Positions 1-9,245 of a stretch of 64,000 nucleotides of DNA are shown in pieces (position 1 is the stretch's first letter; every line of letters begins with the position of its first letter). A program made the position numbers and the translations under genes. The stretch comes from an uncultured Oscillospiraceae bacterium (GTDB lineage: Bacteria > Bacillota > Clostridia > Oscillospirales > Ruminococcaceae). The stretch spans positions 25,090 to 89,089 of the forward strand of contig CAJTNJ010000003.1 in assembly GCA_910577565.1 (NCBI GenBank). The letters are read 5' to 3'. The notes below the pieces were generated by a model. The model ran no database searches, was not told the DNA's origin, and was given only the letters and a program-made list of their open reading frames with translations.

Positions 1-240
1 ATATATTTTCTTATATTCCCAACATTATTCCTACTACTCTTCCAATGTTCTCTTCTATTGCCTGTTTCTTTATTTCTTTGCTATAGTCCTTCCTTTTTGT
101 TTTTACATATATCTTTTCCAAAATATTTACATTTGTATATTTGGCTTCTTGCCTTTCTTTTCTCTACTATTACTTGTTTGCCTTCTTTTCTAATATTTTG
201 TATCTAATATTTCTTACCAGTAGCTCCTCTTTTAAAGCCG

Positions 241-293
241 CATTAAAAGCCTTTAAAAACCGATACATTTTACTGTACCGGCTTTTAAAGGCT
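241..293 (-). terminator. Rho-independent terminator after the solute-binding protein gene
   Basis: Inverted repeat agcctttaaaaaccg (248-262) / cggcttttaaaggct (279-293). It is T-rich after the stem on the minus strand and lies about 45 nt beyond the stop at 337. Confidence 0.6.
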
Positions 294-336
294 AAAAAAT
301 TATTTACATATATAAAAGGAGATGTGGCAAAATTTA

Positions 337-1689
337 TTATGAGCCCGAGCGCATTTCAGCCCATTTTTCTTTTGACGCTTTTATAGTGTCAGTCCAAGAA
401 GTAGTGCCTGAAATATATTTTTGTACATTTGCGCCGGCTACTTTAGTAGACCAAGTGTCGGGACATGAATTTGCAAGAGCGCCGTTTAGCGTTAGTCTCT
501 TTTTAATTGCATTCATTACCCTAGTATTCAATATATCACTCGGTAACAAATCACCATAGTTATCAAAAGGAGTTACAAACCCACATTCTTCAGTAATCAA
601 AGATTTACCTTCATCTGACTGATACATCCAATTTAGGAAATCTTTTGAAGCTTCAACTTTGCTTTCGTCAACATCTTTATTTATAACCCAGTTGGAAGCG
701 GGGAAAGCAACATAACAGCCATCTGAAGAACCGTCTGGTAGACTATATGGTATCATATCTATCTTATCTAACATCTTATCACTAGAGCTACCATCAAATT
801 GTTTAATTGTAGGCAATGTCCATGTGCCTTGCTGTACACATGCCACACGCTCAAGTAAAAAACCGCCATCAAATGAACTTGTATAGTCAACTGAATTTAG
901 AGCAGGTGGATTGTCAGCGTCAGAAGTATAGCTTACTTGAAAATCAATTAAACGTTTATATACATCAGCGCCAGCAAAAGGTATTGTTTTTGCATTAAAA
1001 GCTTCTGTAACAGTTTTAAAGTCTTTGTTTAAAATTGGATTAATAGCATGATCTCCAAGCACCCAAGTTTCTTTTGCGGGCAATGCCATAACAGCAGTTA
1101 AGTTTGGATATTTTGACTTCATTTCACCAGAATTTATCTTGTTTTTTAATTTATCAAACCCGGCTTTCATGCCTTCAAATGTGAACATTGACTCAACATC
1201 AACACCGGCATATTCAAATATCTCTTTATTTATCATAAACCCATAACCTTCAACAGCTGTTGGCATACCATATATTTTACCATCATTTGTAGTTACGGCC
1301 TCCAAATAGGCTTTGTCACAATGGCTCACCCACGGCTGATCTGACAAATCGGCTAACTTGCTTTGCCAAGTTTCTCTTTCGCTTATGCCAGTTACGTTAA
1401 ATACACAAACAGGATCGGAAGCCATTTTTGCTTTAAGTGTAGCACCATAGTCGCTGCTTCCACCAACCGATTCAAAGTTCACTTTAACGTTTGGATGAGA
1501 TTTTTCATAATCTTTTACAATTTTTTTATAAGCTGCATCAGCTTCGGTTTTAATATTAAAAACGGAAATTGTCGTTTTTCCTGAGGCAGAGTTTTCATTG
1601 TTGCATCCCGCAAAACAAGTAGATATTAAAACAGCAGATAAGGCAACTGCTAATGTTTTTTTAATGCCCACAATAAACAACCTCCTCAT
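337..1689 (-). CDS. Sugar ABC transporter extracellular solute-binding lipoprotein (paralog 1)
   Basis: 450-aa ORF with a lipoprotein signal ending in lipobox FAGC. It has the length and layout of a family-1 sugar SBP and is on the same strand as the two permease genes. AGGAGG lies inside codons 2-3, so GTG at 1671 (MGIKKTLAV...) may be the true start. Confidence 0.85.
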   Translation of the reverse strand: MRRLFIVGIKKTLAVALSAVLISTCFAGCNNENSASGKTTISVFNIKTEADAAYKKIVKDYEKSHPNVKVNFESVGGSSDYGATLKAKMASDPVCVFNVTGISERETWQSKLADLSDQPWVSHCDKAYLEAVTTNDGKIYGMPTAVEGYGFMINKEIFEYAGVDVESMFTFEGMKAGFDKLKNKINSGEMKSKYPNLTAVMALPAKETWVLGDHAINPILNKDFKTVTEAFNAKTIPFAGADVYKRLIDFQVSYTSDADNPPALNSVDYTSSFDGGFLLERVACVQQGTWTLPTIKQFDGSSSDKMLDKIDMIPYSLPDGSSDGCYVAFPASNWVINKDVDESKVEASKDFLNWMYQSDEGKSLITEECGFVTPFDNYGDLLPSDILNTRVMNAIKKRLTLNGALANSCPDTWSTKVAGANVQKYISGTTSWTDTIKASKEKWAEMRSGS

Positions 1690-1891
1690 TTTTTAAAATA
1701 TATACAAACTTTTAATTAATTGTTAACTTTTTGTTAAATGAACTAACCATCATAATTAATATTATAACATAAGTTTTTCATTTTAAAAGACAAAAAACCA
1801 TTTTTTGTATAAATGCACAATTATATCTAAATTATTATATGCAAATTTGTTTATTAAATTCTCAAAAGTTATAAAACGAAGTTTAAATAAG

Positions 1892-2764
1892 CTATTTTAT
1901 AGCGCCTTCGGTCATACCCCTTATAATATATTTTTGCGAGAACAGATAGAACACAATTACCGGGATCATGCAAAGTATAAGTCCTGCTGAGGCTAGATCC
2001 CAACGAGTAGAATATTGGCCAAAGAATGAATAGGTCATCAAAGGCAGCGTTTGAATGCCTGGTTTGTTAATTATTAAAGAAGGCAACAAATAGTCATTCC
2101 AAATCCACATTACGTTTTGGATCGCAACTGTTATGAGAATTATCCTAAGCAATGGTACTACTATTATAAAAAACAACTGGAATATATTGCAACCGTCTAT
2201 TACCGCCGCCTCTTCAAGCTCTTCGGGAACATTTTTGATAAACCCGTGAAGCATGACAATAGCAAGACTCGTACCAAATCCCATATACATGATTATAAGG
2301 CCAAAAGGATTTAAAAAGTTTAAAATTTTAGCAACTGTCATTAAAGGAAGCATAACGCACTGAAACGGAATTAGCATTGAAATTGCAAATATAATGAAAA
2401 AGAACTTGCTTGTTCTGGTTTTATACCTTACCAATACCCATGCAGCCATTGTTGATATTAAAAGTATTAAAAGCGTTGAAAAAACAGTGATATACAGTGA
2501 GTTGCAAAAAGACTGCAGATAATTTAGTTTGCTAAAAGATTCCGCATAGTTATTTAAAGTGAATGTGTTCGCATCGGGAAAGCTTAAAACATTTAAAAAT
2601 AAAGCTTTTTGGACTTTAAATGAATTGAGCGCCAAAATGTAAACGGGAAATATAAATATAAGACCAAGCAACAGTCCAAAAACCGAAAGCAATACTCTTT
2701 TAACCTTACCTTTTTTATATGGCTTAGGCACTATATTTTCTGAAGTTACTGCTGTGTTTAACAT
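1892..2764 (-). CDS. Carbohydrate ABC transporter permease (MalG-like)
   Basis: 290-aa polytopic membrane ORF with the EAA-type loop EEAAVIDGCNIFQLFFIIVVPL. Its start overlaps the stop of the upstream permease by 1 nt. Confidence 0.9.
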   Translation of the reverse strand: MLNTAVTSENIVPKPYKKGKVKRVLLSVFGLLLGLIFIFPVYILALNSFKVQKALFLNVLSFPDANTFTLNNYAESFSKLNYLQSFCNSLYITVFSTLLILLISTMAAWVLVRYKTRTSKFFFIIFAISMLIPFQCVMLPLMTVAKILNFLNPFGLIIMYMGFGTSLAIVMLHGFIKNVPEELEEAAVIDGCNIFQLFFIIVVPLLRIILITVAIQNVMWIWNDYLLPSLIINKPGIQTLPLMTYSFFGQYSTRWDLASAGLILCMIPVIVFYLFSQKYIIRGMTEGAIK

Positions 2765-3630
2765 TACATCTCAACCTCTTTTCTCTTGGTTAATACAAGC
2801 TGCGTTATACCAACGCCTGCCACTATAATTAAAAATATAATAGCCTTTGCCTGAGCATATCCAAATTCATTAGCGGCAAATGCTGAATTATAGATATTAA
2901 GAGCAAGCATCTCTGTTGAATGATACGGTCCACCCTTTGTTAGTGCGAGGTTTTGGTCAAACATCTTAAAGGAGTTTGAAATTGAAAGGAATAGACCAAT
3001 TGTAAATGCCGGCATAACAAGTGGTATTGTAATGCTTCTAAGAGTTTGCCACCAGTTTGCACCGTCGATTTTTGCAGCTTCTTTTGCAGAAACAGGTATT
3101 TGTTGCAGCTGTGCAATGTAAATTATCATCATATATCCGGACATTTGCCATACACTTAAAATGATTATGCCAATAAATCCAGTTTCGGGATTTGATAACC
3201 ACCCTTGCAAAAATTCCAAATGCAAAGCATTTCCTATTGTAGAAAATACGTTAGTGAATATAAAGCTCCATGTAAAACCGAGAAGCAATCCACCAATAAG
3301 ATTAGGCATGAAAAATACCGCTCTTAAAAGTGTAGCTCCCTTGAATTTTTGAGTGACAAAAAGCGCAAGAGCAAACCCAATGATATTGACAAGCACTATT
3401 ACAAAAGCGGCAACCGCGGCAGTAAACAACAAAGCACGCAAAAAGTCGTTATCATTTGTGAACAGTCGGATAAAATTATCAATTCCTGTAAATTCCGAAT
3501 CGGTGCTTACACCATTCCAGTTTCTAAAAGCATAATAGAGACCCATTATCATTGGTATGATAACAATCAATATAAAACTTAGTAAAGCTGGAAGTAAAAA
3601 TCCCCAAAATCTTAATTTGCTTTTTTTCAT
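2764..3630 (-). CDS. Carbohydrate ABC transporter permease (MalF-like)
   Basis: 288-aa polytopic membrane ORF with the EAA-type loop KEAAKIDGANWWQTLRSITIPL. It is translationally coupled to the next permease. Confidence 0.9.
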   Translation of the reverse strand: MKKSKLRFWGFLLPALLSFILIVIIPMIMGLYYAFRNWNGVSTDSEFTGIDNFIRLFTNDNDFLRALLFTAAVAAFVIVLVNIIGFALALFVTQKFKGATLLRAVFFMPNLIGGLLLGFTWSFIFTNVFSTIGNALHLEFLQGWLSNPETGFIGIIILSVWQMSGYMMIIYIAQLQQIPVSAKEAAKIDGANWWQTLRSITIPLVMPAFTIGLFLSISNSFKMFDQNLALTKGGPYHSTEMLALNIYNSAFAANEFGYAQAKAIIFLIIVAGVGITQLVLTKRKEVEM

Positions 3631-4148
3631 ATCAACAAAAACCTTCCTTTTATTTTAATTTTATATCACATGTTTTCGACTGTTATTCGATAAATATTTA
3701 TAAAATCAGCCTCCAAAGGCATTTGATTATCATCTTAGCGATCGCAGTTTTCGCTATGAATTTTTAAACAAATTTCAAATAAAATTTAATTGCATTTTTT
3801 GGAAAACAAATGAATATGCTTAATAGTGTCTTAAAATATGATTTTATATATTAGTTTGATATTATATCACTTAGTTTATTTTGCTACAAGATATATTTTC
3901 CCTAAAAAGTTTAAAAATTTTCAAGTTGCTTAAGCATTTTGTTAAAAATATAACCTGCTTAATTTGTTGAACTTATTGCTCACCAAAAATTTTGTTTCTT
4001 AGAATTCATCAAAACTTTATACATTAAGTAATTTAAAAAGGTTATTATACTGAATTTATTAAATCTATAAGGTTGCGAACAATAAATTAAGAAGATTTAA
4101 AATTGCTTATTCGATCGCTTTGAAGTATTGCTGGTTGATTAATATATA

Positions 4149-4233
4149 TTATCACATTTTATCCCCTAATAAAAAATTAATATCATTAAATGAATCGATT
4201 TTATCAGTTATAGAGAGGATAAAAGTGTGATAA
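4149..4233. repeat. Long inverted repeat just downstream of SBP paralog 2
   Basis: ttatcacattttatcccc (4149-4166) pairs with gaggataaaagtgtgataa (4215-4233) with 1-2 mismatches. The loop is about 48 nt. The repeat ends 12 nt from the stop codon at 4245. Confidence 0.5.
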
Positions 4234-4244
4234 GCAAAAGTTAG

Positions 4245-5549
4245 TTAATTTTTTGTTGCGCGAATTTCTCGCCAACGATTTTTCATGTCATCGATCAAAG
4301 AGTTCCAGTTACCACCAGACAGATAATTTTGCACATTCGCACCGGCAACATTTTGTGTCCACGACGTAGGAGCCGCATTGATTAAAGGAAGAGGAATGCT
4401 GTCGCCACTTTTAAATGCGTCATATACTCTTTTATGGAACTTTGACAAGCCTTTAACGTCAGCATACCCGGTTGGTAGAATAAAGTCGGCATCTTTTGTG
4501 AGTATATATTTACCCTCATCAGAAGTATATAACCAGTTAAGAAAATCCTTTGCTAATTCTATTTGGTCTTTTGAAGCGTTTTTATTTATAGTCCAATAGC
4601 ATGAAGGACCAACAATAAATTTGCCATCAGTAGAACCATCAGGAACATTGTAAGGTATCATGTCAATATCATCCAGCATATCGGGATCTTGATCTTTAAT
4701 TAAGGACTCAACCCAGTTTCCTTGTTGAATTACAGCATATTTGCCCATTAAAAAGCCCTGGTTTAAAGCAGTTGCATAATCCACAGAAGTTAGAGCAGAA
4801 GGATTGTTTGGGCAATCTGTAAAGCTAACTTGAAAATCGATTATTTGTTTATACAATTCAGAACCTTTAAAAGGTATTGTTTTTGCTGCGAAAGTTTCTT
4901 TGGCATTTGCAAAATCTTTTTGTAAAATCGGCGCTATAGCATGTTCACCAATTACCCAGGTTTCTTTTGCAGGCATTGCAAAAACTGCTTTTAGGTCAGG
5001 GAACTCGCTTTTAAGGCTGCCGGAGTCTATTTTTTGTTTCAGTTTTGTAAATCCGGCCTTCATGCCTTCGAAAGTATACATAGACATAACGTCTACGCCT
5101 GCAGATTCAAACATTTTAGTGTTAACAAGATATCCATAACCTTCAACAGTAGTCGGAAGTCCATATATTTTGCCGTCTACCGTTATATCTTGAGTTACAG
5201 AACTTAGACACAGTGAAGCCCATTTTTGATCATTTAGATCATCAATAGTTTCCATATAATCATAAAGATCGTTGATTCCTGCAAGAGGGAATATTGCGGG
5301 CGGGTCAGACTGCATTTTTGCTTTAAGAGGAGCATGATGACCTTGAGAGCCGCCATATGTTTCAAGAACTATATCTGCGTTATGATTAAGTTTTTTATAT
5401 TCATTTATTGCTTTTTGAAAAGCTGCAGCTTGCTCAAGTTTCATATTAAACATAGTAATTTTTGTAACATCACTTCTATAACAACCAAAAAAAGACAATG
5501 CAACTAAACAAGTCGCCAAAACACACGATAAAAAATTTTTAAGTTTCAT
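4245..5549 (-). CDS. Sugar ABC transporter extracellular solute-binding lipoprotein (paralog 2)
   Basis: Collinear with the 337-1689 product and about half the residues are identical by eye (e.g. TFEGMKAGF, MPAKETWV, IDFQVS, DMIPY, KDFLNW). It has the lipobox FFGC. I place the start at the internal ATG 5549 (MKLKNFLS...), preceded by GAGGGAG, rather than at the track start 5588. Confidence 0.85.
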   Translation of the reverse strand: MKLKNFLSCVLATCLVALSFFGCYRSDVTKITMFNMKLEQAAAFQKAINEYKKLNHNADIVLETYGGSQGHHAPLKAKMQSDPPAIFPLAGINDLYDYMETIDDLNDQKWASLCLSSVTQDITVDGKIYGLPTTVEGYGYLVNTKMFESAGVDVMSMYTFEGMKAGFTKLKQKIDSGSLKSEFPDLKAVFAMPAKETWVIGEHAIAPILQKDFANAKETFAAKTIPFKGSELYKQIIDFQVSFTDCPNNPSALTSVDYATALNQGFLMGKYAVIQQGNWVESLIKDQDPDMLDDIDMIPYNVPDGSTDGKFIVGPSCYWTINKNASKDQIELAKDFLNWLYTSDEGKYILTKDADFILPTGYADVKGLSKFHKRVYDAFKSGDSIPLPLINAAPTSWTQNVAGANVQNYLSGGNWNSLIDDMKNRWREIRATKN

Positions 5550-6127
5550 ATTAAAAAAACACTCCCTCTCGGTTGAGAAACAAACCACATAGATTTAAAA
5601 TTAATAATATTTGTGACGGTTTTTGAAATATGAAAATTAGTATAGCAAAAACATTAAAAATCAATGCAAAAGTTTAATCGTCAAGACTGAAAAATATATA
5701 AATTTTTGCTACAATTCAAAAATGCTAACTAATTTATTTAATTAAAATTGACAATAACATGATTTTTAGTATAACATTAAAATAGTAAAAATGTCAATAA
5801 AAACAAAGGCATACTATCATTATTGTATGGTTGCATAGGCACATTAAAATAAAGCGATGCAACTTATACAAATATTATGATAACTTTTTTGATTGTTTAG
5901 CCTATTCACATTTTTTACAAATATGTAAATCATTTATTTAAAATACATAAATGGCTTAAAAATCATTATATATTATTTTTAATGTTTGTTAAACTATCAA
6001 AAAAAGTTTATTTTTTTACTTGTTTTATTAACATAAAAGTGATATAATTTCATGAAAAGGTATGGTGTTTATTTTTTTCACCACAAAACTACCATTATTG
6101 CTTTTTAGCGTTAGAAAGGAATTAAAT

Positions 6128-7240
6128 ATGGCTGGTATTACTTTTAAGGGGATTAAAAAAACATATGACGGCAAAACATTTGTCGTTCACGATTTCAATT
6201 TAGAAATTGAAGACAAAGAATTTGTAGTATTTGTTGGCCCTTCCGGATGCGGAAAGTCTACAACTCTTCGCATGATTGCAGGTCTTGAAGAAATCTCTGA
6301 CGGCGAGCTTTATATTGGCGATCGCTTGGTAAATGATATTCCTCCAAAGAACAGAAATATTTCAATGGTTTTCCAAAACTATGCACTATATCCTCATATG
6401 TCAGTCAGAAAAAACATGGCTTTTGGTCTAAAACTCAGAAAGATCCCAGCAGAACAAATCAATCAAAAAATAATGGAGGCTGCCAAGATATTAGATATAG
6501 AACAATATCTTGACCGCAAACCAAGAGCGCTATCGGGAGGACAACGTCAGCGTGTTGCTCTTGGAAGGGCAATGGTTCGTGATGCCGAAGTCTTTTTGCT
6601 GGACGAGCCGCTTTCTAATCTTGATGCAAAGCTTCGCACACAGATGCGCACAGAAATTACCAAACTTCACAGAGTGCTTGGAACGACATTTGTTTATGTT
6701 ACTCATGACCAAACAGAAGCTATGACTATGGGTGACAGAATCGTTGTCATGAAAGACGGCTATATTCAACAAGTAGACAAGCCTCAAAATTTATATGATA
6801 AGCCTGATACTGTTTTTGTTGCTGGATTTATTGGTTCGCCTCAGATGAACTTTTTTGATGCAAAACTCATCAAGGATGGTGACAATCTTACTCTTTCAAT
6901 TGGGAACATGACAATTCCTTTACCAGCTGGCAAAGGCGCAGATAGTAATTTAATTGAATATGTTGGAAAAGAAGTCATAGTTGGCATCAGACCTGAAGAT
7001 ATACACAACGAAGACGTATTTATTAACATTTCAGAAGGAAGTGCATTTGATGCAAAAGTAGAACTTGCTGAACTTATGGGCTCTGAGATATATCTATATT
7101 TTGACTATCAAGGATATAAAGTAACAGCCAGAGTTGCAAGTAGATCGGCTATCGAAAGAGGAGATATTGTTAAACTTTCGTTTGACATTAACAAAATGCA
7201 CATATTTGACAAAGAAACTGAAAATGTTATATGCCACTAA
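6128..7240 (+). CDS. Multiple-sugar ABC transporter ATP-binding protein (MsmK/MsmX/UgpC/MalK family)
   Basis: Walker A GPSGCGKST, signature LSGGQRQR, Walker B FLLDEPLS, and a C-terminal MalK-type regulatory domain. The start is placed at ATG 6128 (MAGITFKG...) behind AGAAAGGAA, because the track ORF start 6062 adds an implausible hydrophobic leader. Confidence 0.9.
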   Translation: MAGITFKGIKKTYDGKTFVVHDFNLEIEDKEFVVFVGPSGCGKSTTLRMIAGLEEISDGELYIGDRLVNDIPPKNRNISMVFQNYALYPHMSVRKNMAFGLKLRKIPAEQINQKIMEAAKILDIEQYLDRKPRALSGGQRQRVALGRAMVRDAEVFLLDEPLSNLDAKLRTQMRTEITKLHRVLGTTFVYVTHDQTEAMTMGDRIVVMKDGYIQQVDKPQNLYDKPDTVFVAGFIGSPQMNFFDAKLIKDGDNLTLSIGNMTIPLPAGKGADSNLIEYVGKEVIVGIRPEDIHNEDVFINISEGSAFDAKVELAELMGSEIYLYFDYQGYKVTARVASRSAIERGDIVKLSFDINKMHIFDKETENVICH

Positions 7241-7261
7241 ATTAAGAAACGAGGAGATTTT

Positions 7262-7495
7262 GTGATTAAAAATTTAAAGCTTAATACAATAAATGCAATC
7301 AAGGAGTTTGTAAATGAAACCGCCAAATGTCAGTTTGATGTTGACATTATTTCTGGAAGATATGTTATTAATGCAAAATCAATAATGGGCGTACTCAGCT
7401 TAGACCTTGATAAACCAATTGCGTTGCACGTTCGCTGCAATGATATTGACAGTAAAGACTATTTAAAAGCAATTTCTAATTTTATTATTGATTAA
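7262..7495 (+). CDS. HPr/Crh-like small protein lacking the His15 phosphorylation site
   Basis: 77 aa with a GTG start 21 nt after the ATPase stop, behind GAGGAG. INAKSIMGVLSL matches the Ser46 region of HPr/Crh. The His15 region reads NAIKEFV and contains no His. Confidence 0.7.
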   Translation: MIKNLKLNTINAIKEFVNETAKCQFDVDIISGRYVINAKSIMGVLSLDLDKPIALHVRCNDIDSKDYLKAISNFIID

Positions 7496-7568
7496 TATTT
7501 TTAAAATAAAATTAGATTTGGATTTTTTGTTTTGATGTTATATCATATTATTTTTGATTTTGACCATT

Positions 7569-7602
7569 TGCAGGTGAAATATTTCGTCTGCATTATTTTT
7601 TT
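7569..7602 (+). terminator. Rho-independent terminator after the ATPase/HPr-like pair
   Basis: tgcag (7569-7573) pairs with ctgca (7588-7592) and is followed by ttattttttt. Confidence 0.5.
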
Positions 7603-7779
7603 GTTTATTTGCTTATAGATAAATATTGTGAAATGTCCAACAACACTTATGTCAATAAAGATAAATAATAATTTCATTTAATAAAAATGGATCTTATTAA
7701 AAATATTAAAAAATACAGCTCATTGCGGTTTTTTAATGTTCTTATGGAAAAACGTTTATGGTCAGTAAGTTATATAAAT

Positions 7780-8664
7780 TTAATTTTCTAAAAAACCTTT
7801 GCCCAAGACTTCTTGAGCAGGACATATTATTATAAATGCATTTGGATCTGTTTTGGAAATTATATTCTTAAGCTTTGGCAGCTCTTTTGGACGAACAACA
7901 ACAAATAACATATGTCTTTGTTGTTTAGTATACATTCCCTGATATGGAATGCCTGTATTGCCTCTGCCCAATTCTTTTATTATAGTTTCTGAAATTAATT
8001 CTGTGCTTTTGGACATTATCCAAACCGCCTTTGCGAACCGAAGACCACTTAGGATATTATCCACTATTTTATATGATATAAACACTGCTATTATAGAGTA
8101 AACCGTGTTAATTATACCAAAGACAAAAAGACCAACGCAAATAATAGTTGCGTCTATTGTAAACAGTATAATTGAAATGGAGAACCTTGGAAACATAAAA
8201 TTAAGTGTGGTTGCAAGCATATCCCCGCCGCCTGAGGAAGCACCTGCCCTTAAAACAATACCAATACCCATGCCACAAAACAATCCTGTCAATATTGCTG
8301 CAACTAAAATGTCTCCCTTAACATCAAATACATTTGGAATCATTTGAAATAAAAATAGCCATAAAGAAAGGGACAATGTTCCAAACAAGGCTTTTGTAAC
8401 AAACTTAAAGCCTTTTTGAACACCGCTTAATATAAAGATGGGTATATTGAACAAAATATTTAATACACTCAGCGAAATTGAAAAATTAAAAAGTGTTTCA
8501 AACACATGAGAAACTATAATGGAAGCACCTGCTACTCCGCCAGTTACAATTCCAAGAGGATTCTCAAACCATTCAATACCAATTGCTAAAAGCCCAGTAC
8601 CTAATATTACCATAAACAATTCTTTGGGTTTCAGCTTTAAAATTTTATAAATCATCCTAAACAC
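7780..8664 (-). CDS. YitT-family membrane protein (DUF2179 C-terminal domain)
   Basis: 294 aa with multiple TM helices. The soluble C-terminal domain (...MLFVVVRPKELPKLKNII...) is typical of YitT-family proteins. Confidence 0.75.
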   Translation of the reverse strand: MFRMIYKILKLKPKELFMVILGTGLLAIGIEWFENPLGIVTGGVAGASIIVSHVFETLFNFSISLSVLNILFNIPIFILSGVQKGFKFVTKALFGTLSLSLWLFLFQMIPNVFDVKGDILVAAILTGLFCGMGIGIVLRAGASSGGGDMLATTLNFMFPRFSISIILFTIDATIICVGLFVFGIINTVYSIIAVFISYKIVDNILSGLRFAKAVWIMSKSTELISETIIKELGRGNTGIPYQGMYTKQQRHMLFVVVRPKELPKLKNIISKTDPNAFIIICPAQEVLGKGFLEN

Positions 8665-8732
8665 CTGCCAAACTTTAGTTTAACTAATTATATAAAACTA
8701 ATTTGTCGTATATTGCAAATGTTGTTTGTAAT

Positions 8733-8768
8733 AAAAAAATACCCGGCCTTAATTTACAAGACCGAGTA
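8733..8768 (-). terminator. Rho-independent terminator after the ferredoxin gene
   Basis: On the minus strand, tactcggtc...ggccgggta is followed by ttttttt, about 15 nt after the stop at 8784. Confidence 0.55.
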
Positions 8769-8783
8769 ATTTAAACGTCTAAG

Positions 8784-8954
8784 TTATTCTGGATGAGGAG
8801 CATTAACGGGGCATACGCTTTGGCATGTACCGCAATCTATACAAACATCAGGATCTATAACATATTTTGTATCTCCAGATGAAATGCAAGATACCGGACA
8901 CTCAGCCTCACAAGCACCACAACAAATGCAATCATCACTAATTTTATATGACAT
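8784..8954 (-). CDS. 2x[4Fe-4S] ferredoxin
   Basis: Two cluster motifs, CICCGACEAECP and CIDCGTCQSVCP. The start is at ATG 8954 (MSYKISDD...) behind AAGGAGGTAAAG. The track start 8990 is upstream of that RBS. Confidence 0.9.
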   Translation of the reverse strand: MSYKISDDCICCGACEAECPVSCISSGDTKYVIDPDVCIDCGTCQSVCPVNAPHPE

Positions 8955-9018
8955 AATCTTTACCTCCTTAAAGCTAAAAATTAAGAGCAATTTTAAAATT
9001 TTACCCTTTTACGCCCCT

Positions 9019-9047
9019 ATTTTATCATAATATATATAAATAATCAA
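9019..9047 (-). promoter_or_regulatory. Candidate sigma-A promoter for the ferredoxin gene
   Basis: On the minus strand, TTGATT (9042-9047) - 17 nt - TAAAAT (9019-9024). Confidence 0.4.
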
Positions 9048-9097
9048 GTATTAAAATTTGCTGGGAATGCCATATAGATATGATTAAATAAAAGAAT

Positions 9098-9200
9098 AAA
9101 AAAGCAGATTTAAGTGCACGGTACAAAAACTTAGCTAGGGCAAATTTATTAAAAGCATGAACAAATATTTTAAAAACAGCTTTTGCAGTATTTATACATT
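9098..9200 (+). repeat. Dispersed ~105-bp repeat, copy 1 (partner at 63641-63745)
   Basis: About 85% identical by eye to 63641-63745. The shared core is acttagcta...aatttattaaaagcatgaacaaatattttaaa...gcttttgcag. Confidence 0.7.
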
Positions 9201-9245
9201 TGAACTACCAAATTTTGTTTTTCTAATACTATTTTATATAATAAT

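Noticed and set aside
1-240. Purine-rich minus-strand sequence that translates to K/E/R-rich peptide stretches (…KEIKKQAIEENIGRVVGIMLGI*). It could be the remains of a gene.
   Set aside because: It has no start codon, has stops in every frame, and shows no recognisable family. It is too close to the window edge to judge.
141-386. 81-aa plus-strand ORF at the left edge.
   Set aside because: It is a low-complexity F/L/S-rich translation that runs through the SBP terminator hairpin and into the SBP gene on the opposite strand. It has no RBS.
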